From: the human T2T-CHM13v2.0 reference genome, Homo sapiens
Assembly (NCBI RefSeq): GCF_009914755.1
Contig: NC_060927.1
Reading direction: 5' to 3' (one strand)
Length of the DNA: 64,000 bases
The notes beneath the pieces are model-generated. The model was not told the origin of the DNA. It made no database searches and worked only from the letters and a program-made list of their open reading frames with translations. Position 1 is the first letter of the stretch; every line of letters begins with the position of its first letter. The translations under genes were made by a program, and so were the position numbers. Positions 13,715 through 25,939 of the stretch are shown here, in pieces.

Positions 13715-14074
13715 TGTCTTAATCCATTTGTGATGCTATAACAAAATACCTTAAACTGGGTAATTTATAAACAGCAGAAATGTATTTTTTATAGTTCTGG
13801 AAAATAACAAGTTCAAGGTCAATGTACTAGCACTGATGTTTTATGAGAACTGCTCTTTGGTTCCAAGATGATGCCTTGTGTCTTCACGTGGCAGAAAAAC
13901 AAGAGAGCTCTCCCTTTAACCCTGAGCCTTTTTAAAAGGATACTGATCCCATTTACGAGAGTAGAACCCTCATGAATTAATCACCTCATTAAGGCTACAC
14001 CTCTTAATGCTGTAGCATTGAGGATTAAATTTCAACATGAATTTTAGAGGAGGACAATTATTCAAACCATTGCA
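13715..14074 (-). mobile_element. MaLR LTR (MSTC/MSTD/MLT1A-like) inserted in ERV
   Basis: TGTCTTAATCCATTTGTGATGCTATAACAAAATACC...TTTCAACATGAATTTTAGAGG...TTCAAACCATTGCA. Confidence 0.85.
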
Positions 14075-15130
14075 GGTCCCAAAAGTATGGAGGGGCCCTA
14101 CTGACTTAAGAAATGTGGACACAAGACACGAGGCCCTGCAGTTTTTTGCAATGTGGGTGCTGAGAAAAACTATGTATGGTGCCTTCCAGTGGGGCTCAAG
14201 GGCAGCTTTTCTCTGGTGTTATTTTTAGAAACCCCAATTTCCAGGTTTGAGATTATTAAAGTCCTTGTTCTCTTCAATTGGTGGGTCACAAAAGGGCACA
14301 TTTTACCTGGTAAAAATATGCTTTGGCATAATGCCATTAAAGCCCTGCAATATTGAGTCATATTAAACTTTATAAGAGCAGATCATATATAAGATTCTAA
14401 TATAAGTGGCACAGATTTTCCTATATATGAAACCTATATAGGACCCATTTAACTATTTCATGATGGATCAGGTGTGTTTTTCAGTGTGGGTAGATCTGTT
14501 TGAGATAAAGGCCAATGGTAATGTCTTTGGCCAAGACAATTCCATCAACTTAGCGAACTTTGTCAATTTTGGTTAAAAAATATCATTTTGTCTATTAAAC
14601 CTCTCAGAAGATTAAAGATAATAAAAAACAATGGTATTGCCACTGTTTGCATAATACTTTATTTAACTCTTTGATAACTTGTCCAGACAAATGAGTGCCT
14701 TTATTATTGGAGATTTCTCCGAGAATATCTTATACAGAAAAAAGTTTTCTAATAACCTTTTAGCTACTGTTATAGCATTAGCCTTCCTGCAAGGGAAAGC
14801 TTTTGTCTAAGAACAAACAGAGTACTATAGGAACATTTTGATATGTCACTCAGGGTGGCAATTGAATAAAATGTATTTGTAGGTGTTCAAATGATCTAGC
14901 AGGTGATGGTAATGTACCTCCTGCAGACTTTATTATCATGCCAGGATTATGGGTTTGACAAATGGTTGTAGATTACTTTAGCAATTTTTAGAACAGTCAC
15001 TATACCATTTTAAAAATAACTTTTACTATTCTATCTACACAATGATGAGTCATGGAGTGCAGAGCTTTTTAAAAATATAATTTAAGCTCTAAGAACACAG
15101 AAAAGGCAAGACCACTTTCTGAGCCCTCCA
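14075..15130 (-). pseudogene. Class-I ERV pol integrase remnant (MER4-group-like internal)
   Basis: Minus-strand peptides ALHSMTHH (zinc finger), AFPCRKANAITVAKK, EISNNKGTHL (core) and LKPGNW...ALEPHWKAPYIVFLSTH (GPY/F C-terminus), with stops and frameshifts. Confidence 0.85.
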
Positions 15131-16448
15131 TGAGTCCATGCTTAATATTAAATTTACATGCATTTGAATACCAGTTTTGTTTTTCAAATTAGGTATATGG
15201 CACTGTTTATTAAACAAGTTATCCTCAGTGATTTGACTTAAATAAATCCTAAGGAGTTTGTTTCAATTACATATCTTTAAAGTTTCAGTAGTAGCCAACT
15301 CAGCAGGTAAATGTGTCAGGAAATTTCTTTGGAATTAAATTTTGTTCTGATTGATGTTCGATTAGCAATTTTTTGACCCAATCAGTTTCTTCATAAGAGT
15401 TCTGGGAATTTTTGCCCAGTTCAATGGTATTATCTTAAAGTTATCAGTAACTTGTATTTGTCAGTCTTTTCCATGAATCTCCTTTAATATGAAACACTAT
15501 AGTTTTATAGTTGTTTGAAATAGCTTTCAGGAAAGTACCAGAGTAAAACAATGAGTTAATTGTAGTTAATTATCTGTAGAAGAAAAGACTTAAAATGACT
15601 ACGGTAAAAGATCAAATGAGAGTTCATTATAATGCAATTAAGAAGGAAATTTTGTTATTTCTATGGCACAAAATATTTCAAAGAAATGATTAAAATTGTG
15701 ACTGCCAGAGTTATACCGGGACTATCAGATTTTTACAAATTACATACAGTTTCTAAAACGCATATTAACATACTCATAAAATATGACTTTAAAAAGTTTC
15801 AGCATTGCTTATTATTTGACAATTCTTCCCATGTGATTTAACATATCAAATATACCTAATTACTTTAACATCTCTCTTTTTATAAAGAGAAAAAACAACT
15901 TCATTTGAGATACTCCAGGGGCCCATCTGGATACTCCCTAAGTTAGTTCAAGGTCAAAAGGTCTTAATTTAGAATTTTGTTTTTGAAAGTTGTCAAAAAT
16001 GTCAAAAGGTTTAAAACATTTGATTTAAATAGGATCACATGGCTTTGTGAAAGCATATGTATTCAATTAACTAGAGTGGCAATTAAAAGACTTCAAAGGA
16101 AAATACAGAAAGTTTCATAGCTGTAGGAAATTCTTAGCTCTTTTAACAGAAAGAACTCAGTTGTCTTAAGTAAATAAAAACCTATTAAATACAAATGATG
16201 CACAGAAAATTACCTCTATGAAACACAGAATCTGTTTCCTAGACCAATAATCTATAAAGATAAAACTTTCACAATTTCTTATTAAGGGCAGAAAATTACT
16301 TCAATAAAATCTTGTTATTTTAACAGAGTGGACCAAATTCTAGTTTTGCATCTATGTACTTTTGATATTAATTTTCAATTTTGAAAGAAAAAAACAAATA
16401 AATAATTATTTTTAAATCTTAACCAGCTTAATCACACATAAAATTCCT

Positions 16449-16974
16449 AGTGAACAGAGGGGTGACTTGGAGTAGAATGGCAGGCAGGTTGGCCCTAAGC
16501 AGTTTCCAGCTTGACTTCTTCCTTTAGTTATTTGGAGGCCCCAAGATTTATTTTTCTTTCACAGAGGCTTGCAGAGGAGAAATATTGGAAAAGTAATTTT
16601 ATGTGTAATTAAGCTGGTTAAGATATAAAATAAATGCATATCTGATTGCCTCTTTTGGAGAGGCTAATAAGAAACTCAAAAGAATGCAACCATTTGTCTC
16701 TTATCTACCTATGACCTAGAAAGCTCCCAGCTTGGGTCTTTCCGCCTTTGCTTCAAGTTGTCCTGCCTTTCCAGACCAAACCAGCGTTCATCTTACGTAT
16801 GTTGATTGATGTCTTATGCCTCCCTAAAACGCATAAAACCAAACTGTTCTCTGACCACCTTGGTCACATGTCATCAGAACCTCCTGAGGTCGCATCACTG
16901 GTAGGCATCCTCAACCTTGGCAAAATAAACTTTCTAAATTAACTGAGACCTGTCTCAGATTTTTGGGGTTCACA
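16449..16974 (+). mobile_element. MER4A-like LTR; 5' ~115 bp (16449-16563) inverted, body 16630-16974 forward
   Basis: Reverse complement of 16449-16563 = TGTGAAAGAAAAATAAATCTTGGGGCC...CCCCTCTGTTCACT; the forward part continues ATAAATGCATATCTGATTGCCTC...GGGGTTCACA. Confidence 0.85.
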
Positions 16975-16977
16975 TTT

Positions 16978-16995
16978 TGGTAACCACAAAGGGAT
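16978..16995 (+). promoter_or_regulatory. Retroviral primer binding site (tRNA-Arg type), followed by ~200 bp MER4-int leader
   Basis: TGGTAACCACAAAGGGAT directly after the LTR end vs TGGCGACCACGAAGGGAC (complement of tRNA-Arg 3' end as I recall it); differences are mostly CpG decay. Confidence 0.7.
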
Positions 16996-17298
16996 TCTGA
17001 GGGGAAATGCCCCTGACTTTGACAAATCTCCTATCATTCTTGGTACCAGCATGAGACAACTTTCTGGCTCAAATGAATAGGATGATTTGCTGAGGTCTGG
17101 GAGCACCTCCTCCAGAAAATCCTTGATCTCTCAAAGTTTTGTCAAGATCTAAAGTTTATTTTGCTGTACAACTTCACTTCTACAGCGTTTTTATAATCAG
17201 TCGGTTTTCATCTTACACTTTTTTACTTTTTCTTTGTGGAGTAACCAGTCACTCTACTTAAAAACAAAGTTATTCTTTCTTTAAAAGGGGAAAAAACA

Positions 17299-18588
17299 TG
17301 ATCTTGGTGGATAAGCTTTTTGATGTGCTGCTGGATTCAGTTTGCCAGTATTTTATTGAGGATTTTCACATTGATGTTCATCAGGGATGTTGGTCTAAAA
17401 TTCTCTTTTTTTGTTGTGTCTCTGCCAGGCTTTAGTATCAGAATGATGTTGGCCTCATAAAATGAGTTAGGGAGGATTCCCTCTTTTTCTATTGGTTGGA
17501 ATAGTTCCAGGATGAATGGTACCAACTCCTCTTTGTACCTCTAGTAGAATTTGGCTGTGAATTCGTCTGGTCCTGGGCTTTTTTTTTTTTTTTTTGGTTG
17601 GTAGGCTATTAATTATTGCCTCAATTTCAGAGCCTGTTATTGGTCTATTCAGGGATTCAGCTTCTTCCTGGTTTAGCCATGGGAGGGTGTATGTGTCCAG
17701 GAATTTATCCATTTCTACTAGATTTTCTAGTTTATTTGTGTAGAGGTGTTTATAGTATCCTCTGATGGTAGTTTGTATTTCTGTGGGATCTGTGGTGATA
17801 TCCCCTTTATTATTTTTATTGCATCTATTTAATTCTTCTCTCTTTTCTTCTTTATTACTCTTGCTAACGGTCTATCAATTTCGTTGATCTTTTCAAAAAA
17901 CCAGCTGCTGGATTCATTGATTTTTTGAAGGGCGTTTTGTGTCTCTATCTCCTTCAGTTCTGCTCTGATCTTCGTTATTTCTTGTCTTCTGCTAGCTTTT
18001 GAATTTGTTTGCTCTTGCTTCTCTAGTTCTTTTAATTGTGATGTTAGGGTGTCAATTTCAGATCTTTGCTGCTTTCTCTTGTGGGCATTTAGTGCTATAA
18101 ATGTCCCTCTACACACTGCTTTAAATGTGTCCCAGAGATTCTGGTACGTTGTGTCTTTGTTCTCACTGGTTTCAAAGAACAGCTTTATTTCTGCCTTCAT
18201 TTCGTTATTTACCTAGTAGTCACTCAGGAGCAGGTTGTTCAGTTTCCATGTAGTTGTGCAGTTTTGAGTGAGTTTCTTAATCCTGAGTTCTAATTTCATT
18301 GCACTGTGGTCTGAGGGACAGTTTGTTGTGATTTCTCTTCTACATTTGCTGAGGTGTGCTTTACTTCCAACTATGTGGTCAATTTTGGAATAAGTGTGAT
18401 GTGGTGCTGAGAAGAAAGTATATTCTGTTGATTTGGGGTGGAAAGCTCTGTAGATGTCTATTAGGTCAACTTGGTGCAGAGCTGAGTTCAAGTCCTGTAT
18501 ATCCTTGTTAACCTTCTGTCTCATTGATCTTTCTAATATTGAGAGTGGGGTGTTAAAGTCTCCCATTATTTTTGTGTGAGAGTCTAAG
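17299..18588 (-). mobile_element. L1PA (PA5-like) inverted 5' segment (ORF2 EN to pre-RT)
   Basis: ORFs 18213-18617 (LDSHTKIMGDFNTPLS), 17829-18200, 17467-17712 and 17337-17525 are L1 ORF2 pieces on the minus strand. Confidence 0.95.
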
Positions 18589-20930
18589 GGATGCAAGTCT
18601 GGTTCAACATATGCCAATCAATAAACATAATCCATGGCATAAACAGAACCAAAGACAAAAACTATCTGATTATCTCGATAGATGCAGAAAAGGCCTTTGA
18701 CAAAATTCAACAGCACTTCATGCTAAAAACTCTCAATAAACTTGGTATTGATGGAATGTATCTCAAAATAATAGGAGCTATTTATGACAAACCCACAGCC
18801 AATATCATACTGAATGGGCAAAAGCTGGAAGCGTTCCCTTTGAAAACTGGCACAAGACAGGGATACCCTCTGTCACCACTCATATTCAATAGTGTTGAAA
18901 GTTCTGGCAAGGGCAATCAGGCAAGAGAAAGCAATAAAGAGTATTCAATTAGGAAAAGAGAAAGTCAAATTGTCCCTGTTTGCAGATGACATGATTGCAT
19001 GTTTAGAAAACCCCATCATCTCAGCCCAGAATCTCCTTAAGCTGAAAAGCAACTTCAGCAAAGTCTCAGGATACAAAATCAATATGCAAAAATCACAAGC
19101 ATTCCTATACGCCAATAACAGACAAACAGAGAGCCAAATCATGAGTGAACTCCCATTCACAATTGCTACAAAGAGAATAAAATACCTAGGAATATAACTT
19201 AGAAAGGATGTGAAGGACCTCTTCAAGGAGAACTACAAACCACTGCTCAACGAAATAAAAGAGGGACACAAACAAATGGAAGAACATTCCATGCTCATCA
19301 CAGGAAGAATCAATTTCATGAAAATGACCGTACTGCCCAAAGTAATTTATAGATTCAATGCCATCCCCATCAAGCTACCAATGACTTTCTTCACAGAACT
19401 GGAAAAAACTACTTTTAAGTTTACATGGAACCAAAAAAGAGCCCACATTGCCAAGAAAATCCTAAGCAAAAAGAACAAAGCTGGAGGCATCATGCTACCT
19501 GACTTCAAACTATACTACAAGGCTACAGTAATCAAAACAGCATGGTACTGGTACCAAAACAGAGATATAGACCAATGGAACAGAACGGAGGCCTCAGAAA
19601 TAACACCACACATCTATAACCATCTGATCTTTGACAAACCTGACAAAAACAATAAATAGGGAAAGGATTCCCTACATAATAAATGGTGCTGGGAAAACTG
19701 GCTAGCCATATGTAGAAAGCTGAAACTGGATCCCTTCCTTACACCTTATACAAAAATTAATTCAAGATGGCTTAAAGACTTAAATGTTAGACTTAAAACC
19801 ATAAAAACCCTAGAAGAAAACCTAGGCAATACCATTCAGGACATAGGCATGGGCAAGGACTTCATGACTAAAACATCAAAAGCAAAGCAACAAAAGCCAA
19901 AATTGACAAACGTTATCTAATTAAACTAAAGAGCTTCTGCACAGCAAAAGAAACTACCATCAGAGTGAACAAGCAACCTACAGAATGAGAGGAAATTTTT
20001 GCAATCTACTCATCTGACAAAGGGCTAATATCCAGAATCTACAAAGAACTGAAACAAATTTACAAGAAAAAATCAAACAACCCCATCAAAAAGTGGGTGA
20101 AGGATATGAACAGACTCTTCTCAAAAGGAGACAGTTATGCAGCCAACAGACACGTGAAAAAATGCTCATCATCATTCTCTGATAGAGAAATGCAAATCAA
20201 AACCACAATGAGATAACATCTCATACCAGTTAGAATGGCGATCATTAAATAGTCAGGAAACAACAGGTGCTGGAGAGGATGTGGAGAAATAGGAATGTTT
20301 TTACACTGTTGGTTGGAGTGTAAACTAGTTCAACCATTGTGGAAGACAGTGTGGCGATTCCTCAAGGATCTAGAACTAGAAATATCATTTGACCCAGCAA
20401 ATCCATTTCTAGGTATATACCCAAAGGATTACAAATCATGCTACTATAAAGACACATGCACACATAAGTTTATTGTGGCATAATTCACAATAGCAAAGAC
20501 TTGGATCCAACCCAAATGTCCATCAATGATAGACTGGATTAAGAAAATGTGGCACATATACACCATGGAATACTATGCAGCCATGAAAAAGAAGAGTTCA
20601 TATCCTTTGTAGGGACATGGAAACCATCATTCTCAGCAAACTATCTCAAGGACAGAAAACCAAACACCACATGTTCTCACTCATAGGTGGGAATTGAACA
20701 ATGAGAACACTTGGACACGGGGCTGGGAGCATCTCACACCAGGGCCTGTTGTGGGGTAGGAGAGGGGAGGGATAGCATTAGGAGAAATATGTAATGTAAA
20801 TGACGGGTTAATGGGTGCAGCAAACCAACATGACACATGTATACATATGTAGCAAACCTTTACGTTGTGCACATGTACCCTAGAACTTAACGTATAATTA
20901 AAAATATAAATAAATAAAGAAAGAAAGAAT
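18588..20930 (+). mobile_element. L1PA (PA5-like) non-inverted 3' segment (RT, C-domain, 3'UTR, A-tail)
   Basis: [29 protein letters not shown]; 3' end TGTACCCTAGAACTTAACGTATAAT plus A-rich tail; TSD AAAAGGG(G)AAAAA(A)CA at 17283-17298 and 20931-20944. Confidence 0.95.
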
Positions 20931-21058
20931 AAAAGGGAAAAACAGTTCCTTATACCTCAAAGTTTTTTTATTTTTATTTTTTACAAAAATATGCATCTTA
21001 CCTTTCTTATATACTTGCTTATATAAGTTGCTTTGATTATTATTTCAGGTGAATTTAA

Positions 21059-21382
<324 letters not shown>

Positions 21383-21889
21383 TAACCTTTAGTACTTCTA
21401 ATTTCTAGTAAAAACTAGGAAGCAATAAATCGTGAATGGTCACATGCCAACATTCTGTAATTTAATACCATTTCATTTTGTCTACAAGCATCTGCTTTCT
21501 CATAGTATGATTTTTCAGTGTCATACAGAACATGTTTACTAACAGATCTAAGTATCTTTATTTAGTCTCTCTGTATTAAAAAGCTGAGTAGAGGTTAAAA
21601 CTGTATTCATTTTTTGACTTTAAATTTTATTTTAGATGTGCAGGTTCGTCACATGCATATATTGCATAATGGTGAGGTTTGAGCTTCCAGTGTACCATCC
21701 TTTAAATAGTGCAAACTGTACACAATAGGTAATCTTTTAAATCCTCACCCCTCCTTCTCTCTCCCTGCTTTTGGATTTCCCAGTATCTATTAGTTTCATC
21801 GTTACATCCATGTGTACCTATTGTTTAGCTCTCACTTTTAGTGAGAAAATGTGGTATTTGAATTAGTGTTTCTGTGTTATTTCACTTAG

Positions 21890-22241
<352 letters not shown>

Positions 22242-22900
22242 ACAATTTCATTATTTTTATGACTGCATAGTATTCTGTGGTAGATATATACTACATCATC
22301 TTTATACAACCCACCATTAGTGAACACTTTGGTTGATTTTATGTCTTTGTATTGTGAACAGTACTACAATAAACATGACTGCAGGTGTCTTTTGGACATA
22401 ATTATTTCTTTTGGTAGATGCTCAGTAGTGGGATTGCTGGGTCAAATGATAGTTCTATTTTTGGTTCCTTGAGAAATCTTCATACCGTTTTCCATAGAGG
22501 TTATACTAATTTACATTCCCATCAACAGTGTATAAGGGTACCCTTTCCTCTGCATCTATGCTAATATCTGACGTTTATTGACTTTGTAATAACAGTCTTT
22601 CTGACTATGTAAGATGATACTGTGGTTCTAATTTACATTTCTCTAACGCTTAGTGATGTTGAGCATTTTTTTCATTTTAGTTGACCACTTGTGTGTCTTC
22701 TTTTGAGAAATGCCTGTTCATGTCATTTGCCCACTTTTTAATGGGATTGCTTTCTTTGCTTGAGTTTTTTTAGTTCATTTTATATTCTGTACATTAATTC
22801 GTTATCAGAGGCATACTTTGCAAATATTTTCTTTCATTATGTAGGTTGTCTATTTGTTGATCTTTTCTTTATTTGGCTGCAGAAAAAATTTTAAATTTAA

Positions 22901-23214
<314 letters not shown>

Positions 23215-25169
23215 CACTTTTGTTTTTGTTGCATTTGCTTTTGGGATCTTAGTTATAAATTTTTGCCTAGGCCAACGATAGGAGGTTTACACATTTTCAG
23301 GTCTTACACTGATGTCTTTAATCCATCTTGCACTACTTTTTGTATATGGTAAGAAATAGAGGCCCAGTGTCACTCTTCTCCTATGGCTAGCTAATTTCCT
23401 CAGCACGTTTTATTGAATAAAGTATCTTTTTGCATTGCTTATTTATGTCAACTTTGCCAAAGATCAGTTGGTTGTACATAGGTGGCTTTACTTCTGAGTT
23501 TTCTATTCTGTTCCTTTTGTCTATGTGTTTATTTTTGTACCAGTACAGTACTGTTTTAGTTACTATAACATTATAGTATTATTTGCAGTAAGAGAATGTG
23601 ATTCTTTCAGCTTTATTCTTTTTGCTTACAATTGCTTTGGATATTTGGGCTCTTCATATCAACTTTAGAATTGTTTTATCCAATCCTGTGAATAATGACA
23701 GTGGTCATTGGTAACTCTTAGGGATCCTGTTTAATCTGCAGATTGAATTGGGCCATGTGGTCGTTTAAGTGACATTGAGTTTTCCAATCCATGAGCATAA
23801 AATGTTTTTTTCATTCGTCTGCGCCATCTATAATTTTTTTCACCAATGTTTCGTAGTTCTTCTTGTAGAGACATTTTACCTCCTTTGTCAGATTTATGTC
23901 TAGATATTTTTTGTGACTATTACAAATGGGATTGAGTACTTGATTTGATTCTCACCCTGAATGTTACTGGCATATAAAAATGCTACTGATTTTTGTATGT
24001 TGATTTTGTATTCTGGAATTGTTTTGAAGTAATTTATCAAGTCTAGGAGTCTTTCGGAAGACTCTTTAGGATTTATAGGTATAAGATTATGTCATTAGTG
24101 AACAAAGATAATTTAACTTTCTCTTTTCCAATTTGAATGTTTTTTATTTCTTTCTCTTGCTAAAATGGTCTGGCCAGGACTTCTAGTACTATGTTAAATA
24201 GGAGTAGTGAGAGTGGACATCCTTGTTTTGTTCCATTTCTTAGGTGGGATGCTTTCAACCTTTCTCCATTCAGTATGATGTTGGCTGTGGATGTGTCATA
24301 ATTAGCTCTTATCATTTTGAGGTATGTTCCTTCTATGCTCACTTTGTTGAGGGTTTTTATCATAAGGGATTTTTAAAATTTATTAAGTATTTTTCTGCAT
24401 CTATTGATGTGATCATATAGTTTTAGTTATTATTATGTTTATTGAATCACATTTAATGATATGCTAATGTTGAAAGATCTTTGCATCCCTGGAATAAAAC
24501 CTACTTCATTATAGTGAATTAAGTTTTTGATGTGCTGTTGGAGTCAGTTTGCCAGTATTTTGTTGGGGATTTTGCATCTATGTTCATCAGGGATACTGGC
24601 CTATAGTTTGCTTTTATGTTACTGTGTCCTTGCCTGATTTTGGTAGCAAAATGATACCAGTTTTATAGAATGAGATAAAGAGGAAACCCTCCTCTTTTGT
24701 TTTTTAGAATAGTTCCAGGAAGATTTTTACCAGCTTGTTTTTGTATGTCTGGTAAACTTTGACTGTGAATCTGTTGATCTTCAAGGAGTACATGTGCAGG
24801 TGGGGTGGAAGTTTTTTTATGACTGATTCAATTTCATCACTTATTACTCCTGTCCAGAATTTGTCTCTTTCTGGTTCAATCTTGGGAGGTTGTATGTTTT
24901 CAGGAATTTATGTATTTTCTCTAGGTTTTACAGTTTATGCACATAGAGATATTCATAGTAATTACTGATGATCTTTTGTATTTCTGGGGTATCAGTTGTG
25001 ATGTCATCTTTATAATTTTGATTGTACTTATTTAAATATCCTCTCTTTTTCCTTGGTTAAAGTAGCCAGTGGTCTATCAATTTTGTTTATCCTTTCAGAT
25101 AACTGGGTTTTCATTCCGTTGATTCTTTATATCATTTTTTGTCTCAATGTCATTTAGTTATACCCAATA

Positions 25170-25937
25170 TCATTGGGTATTAGAAAGTTGCATATTAAAT
25201 CCATGATGAAATATATTTCTTTACATATTGGAATGTTTAAAATGAAAAAGACTAACTGTTGTCAAGGAATTCAGAGTAATTATAACCCTCACTCACTGTT
25301 GCTATAAAGTGGTATAAACACTTAGCAAAACAGTTTGGTAATTTCTTAAAAGGTTAAACATATATCTAGTTATAATCTAGCTGTTACATAACTAGTTATT
25401 TATCCAGGAGAAATGGAAGCATAGATCCCTATAAATACTTCACATAAATATGCACAGCAGCTTTATTGATAGTAGGCAAAAATGATGGATAAGGGAAATG
25501 TTCACTAACAGGTGAATAATAAACAAACCTGTGCATCAACCCAATAGAATACTGCCTAACCATAAGAAGGAATGCATTATTGACATACTCTACAGCATGA
25601 AGGTCACACAATAATTATGCTGAGTAAAAGAAATTAGGCTTAAGAAACATGCAAGACAATAACAAAAAATACTGTATAATTCCATTGATAATAAAACTCT
25701 AGAAAATTGAAACTAATGTATAGTAACAGAAAGCAGATAATGTTTGCCTGGGGGAAATGGGGGGCATGAGGAGATGTAGTAGGGAATAATTGTATGGCCA
25801 ATGGGAACATTTATAAAATATTAGATACAGTCATTTTGATTTTGGTGATAGTTTCACAAGTATCAAATTTATTTCAAAGTTATCAATCATATTTAATTTG
25901 TTATATCTCAATTATATTTGAATAAAACTGTTTAAAA
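25170..25937 (+). mobile_element. L1MD/MC-like 3' end
   Basis: AAAACAGTTTGGTAATTTCTTAAAAGGTTAAACATA, GTAACAGAAAGCAGATAATGTTTGCCTGGGG, ends AATAAAACTGTTTAAAA. Confidence 0.75.
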
Positions 25938-25939
25938 CA

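Noticed and set aside
17337-20483. EN/RT ORFs as an active reverse-transcriptase gene
   Set aside because: Fragments of a truncated, inverted, frameshifted L1 ORF2.
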